Source of the DNA: Geosiphon pyriformis uo1
Lineage: Eukaryota > Fungi > Glomeromycota
Direction of reading: 5' to 3'
Assembly: GCA_016748015.1 (NCBI GenBank)
Contig: JAAOMT010000777.1
Location: 314,347 to 378,346, forward strand
DNA: 64,000 bases
The translations under genes and the position numbers were made by a program. Below, in pieces: positions 61,901 through 64,000 of this stretch. Under the pieces are notes generated by a model. It made no database searches. It had not been told where the DNA came from and worked only from the letters and a program-made list of their open reading frames with translations. Each line of letters opens with the position of its first letter. Positions within the stretch are counted from its first letter, which is position 1.

Positions 61901-63638
61901 GCACATGTCAAGTGACACTTGACTGTCCGTAAACAACACAACCAAACTAGAACCAGGCACACATTCCAATGCTAGAGCAATAGCTTGCAGCTCCACCAAG
62001 ATCAAAGAAAGCAACCCATTAACACTGACTCCAATGCTGGCATTAACTCCAGGAAAGTAAGCAGCCACACCTCCACAAGCACTCACTGAACCCATACATT
62101 TGACAGACCCATCCGTGTAAATAGTTACAGGATCCAAACCAGAAGCCAACAATTGGGTATGAACATAACTAAAGTCACAAGAAACACCAGCTGAAGTGAG
62201 ACAAAAAGGCACAAACCCACCACCCAACAAACCACCAGCACTGACAAAATTGACCAGAGTAAACCAAGCAGAAACCAGGTCTCTGGGGTCCAGTCTCTTC
62301 TATTGGTGAAAGGTGTTCCAGGAAAAACAGGAACCATTGTGGTCCAGAATCTGGTTTACAAACACTACACCATATTGTCTAAGATGCTTTGACACACACA
62401 AATAAGAATCAGAGCCCAATACATCTAGGACTATCACACCACCACCAGCCTGAAAGACATCAAACATATCACCATCCAGGGACAGGTTGCATAAAACAAG
62501 GGCACGTGTCATACCAGACAGAAAGCAGTTCATTGAATCTATCAGCAGTCTGATCGAAAACTGGAGAGGGTGCCTGGGCATTCAACTAGCGGTCTGCAAA
62601 TCCATTACCCTATGATCGAACAATCTGCCAAGAATTCCACCAGCATTAGCAAAACTAATTAAACTAGCCAGAAGATTCTCAGTAAGCACTTGGTCAAAAG
62701 TTCTTAAACCAAACAACTCAGGATGATGTAATGCATCACTAGGAAAGTCCTTAGGCAAGTTCGCTTTAAGCTTCAAGCCTTTTCTCAACATAACATCTTA
62801 CCTATCACAGACACTCTTCAAAACACAACTAAACTGAAGCCTGTAGGAAACAATAGGCTGGAAAATAGCAGAAACCAAGTACAAAAATTGCTTTTCAGTG
62901 ATGGTCTTCCTTAAAACCACATTCAAAAAAAATCTGACATTTGAATGGGCTTTGGCCAAGCTTGGTTTGGACAAGCCATCAGACGAAATAAAAATTCCTA
63001 AGTACCAATGAGATTCCTTCCTTTTCGCAACTAAGATATTAGAACCACTAATAGAAAGTGATACATCTTTGACTCCTTGGTTGATAAGAATAGCAACTGT
63101 TTTACTAGCATTAATAGATATGTCATTGACTGAAAAAAACTCACTCACAATGTCCAATATCTTCTGTGTAGTAGATAAGCAGTTACCAACCCAAATGGTG
63201 TTATCAACAAAAGCACTGGCTGCAAAGTATGAAGTCAAACCACTCCAAGCATCCATCTTACCAGTCTTAGTAAAAAATTTTGAACTCAATCTGTACCTAT
63301 ACAATTGCTCATGTCTTTTTACCTCACAAAGTAAGGGGTCATAAAAAATCCTCCACAACAGCAGTAAAAACACCTCACTTTGATCTAAGCCATCATGAAC
63401 AATATATCTACTAGTGAGCCCAAAATCAGTCATCACCTAATTGGTCCAACCATTGTGTATATCTCCAAAAAACTTAATGAAGCAAAGGCACATTTTGATC
63501 CTAGCCAGACTGGCTTTAAAGTAGAACCAATCAACTGAGTCATAAGTCTTATGCATATCTTGAAGAACTAACTAAAGCTCTCTATTCTTCTCCAAAGCAT
63601 CCTCAATTATTGAACCAATAGCAAAAATAAGAGTCTGT
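55965..63638 (-). mobile_element. LINE-C: 3' half of a non-LTR retrotransposon (RT-RNase H-CCHC, 3' UTR, (TAAAA)n tail), interrupted by Gypsy-2 and by an LTR at 63639
   Basis: RT motifs DMHKTYDSV, GLDQSE and AFVDNT; RNase H IYTDGS, ELQAI, TDSQ and KVKGHSGDVGNE; CIRC..DHTFSC. The frame continues across the Gypsy-2 insertion. Confidence 0.85.
56424..61151 (-). mobile_element. Gypsy-2: younger dUTPase-bearing LTR element, gapped and partly misassembled; RT and integrase not visible
   Basis: TGTTACG...CGTAACA termini with TSD ACGT; gag (W...QRAIQTLPFFLKG), CCHC CHFCKRVGHLISQC, protease LILDSGSAG, and dUTPase RAHPTDAGFDL/ASRSSLA/IDSGYTG; several N gaps. Confidence 0.8.
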
Positions 63639-63952
63639 TGTTACCAGAGGTTTTTGGTCTCTTTTCTGTAATGTTGTTGATACTTATTTGCTGCGAATTC
63701 ACGTTTTCTGGATGTGGTTGAACCTCCAGTAACTGAATTTATTTTCAAATTATTTCCTATAATTTGAACTTGCTGGGCTTATGAGTGGAATGGCCAATTC
63801 CATGCCAGTTGCTTTATGTAGTTATGTTGTAGTAAACGTCAACTCTTTCCCAGGAATTGCTCGTCTGGAAGCTTACTAAAAATGTGTAGTTACTTTGCTG
63901 TGAAAGTCAACTCTTCTATAGGAATCTCGTTTGTAGGCTACCCTAATGATTG

Positions 63953-63983
<31 letters not shown>

Positions 63984-64000
63984 AAATGTAAAAAAAATAG
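63639..64000. mobile_element. Start of another LTR (TGTTAC...) inserted into LINE-C RT; runs off the window
   Basis: LINE-C RT homology stops abruptly and is followed by the same TGTTAC terminus as the other LTRs. The other end is not visible. Confidence 0.55.

Overview
AT-rich eukaryotic (fungal) genomic DNA with short spliceosomal introns. The gene content and TE families suggest an early-diverging fungus, probably Glomeromycota; this is inference, no search was run. Zone 1 (0.6-13 kb) is a compact housekeeping block: trifunctional tRNA ligase TRL1, RLI1/ABCE1, an alpha/beta-hydrolase, a small multi-exon orphan gene, tRNA 2'-phosphotransferase TPT1, and a long-tailed histone H2A with an SPKK motif. 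Zone 2 (16.8-29.6 kb) is an island of secreted-protein genes: three copies of a signal-peptide plus Kex2(KR)-delimited 57-aa repeat precursor (two of them forming a ~1.6-1.75 kb inverted duplication), a Q/Y/P-repeat membrane protein and two other secreted proteins. Zone 3 (31-64 kb) is a nested retroelement graveyard: three RNase H-bearing LINEs, a solo LTR, a full-length dUTPase-carrying Ty3/Gypsy element, a second gapped Gypsy and the start of another LTR. The best leads are (i) the Kex2-processed repeat-peptide family, (ii) the plant H2A.W-like histone with MCB boxes upstream, and (iii) physical linkage of TRL1 and TPT1, two consecutive tRNA-splicing enzymes. Exon boundaries were read by eye and may be off by a few nt.
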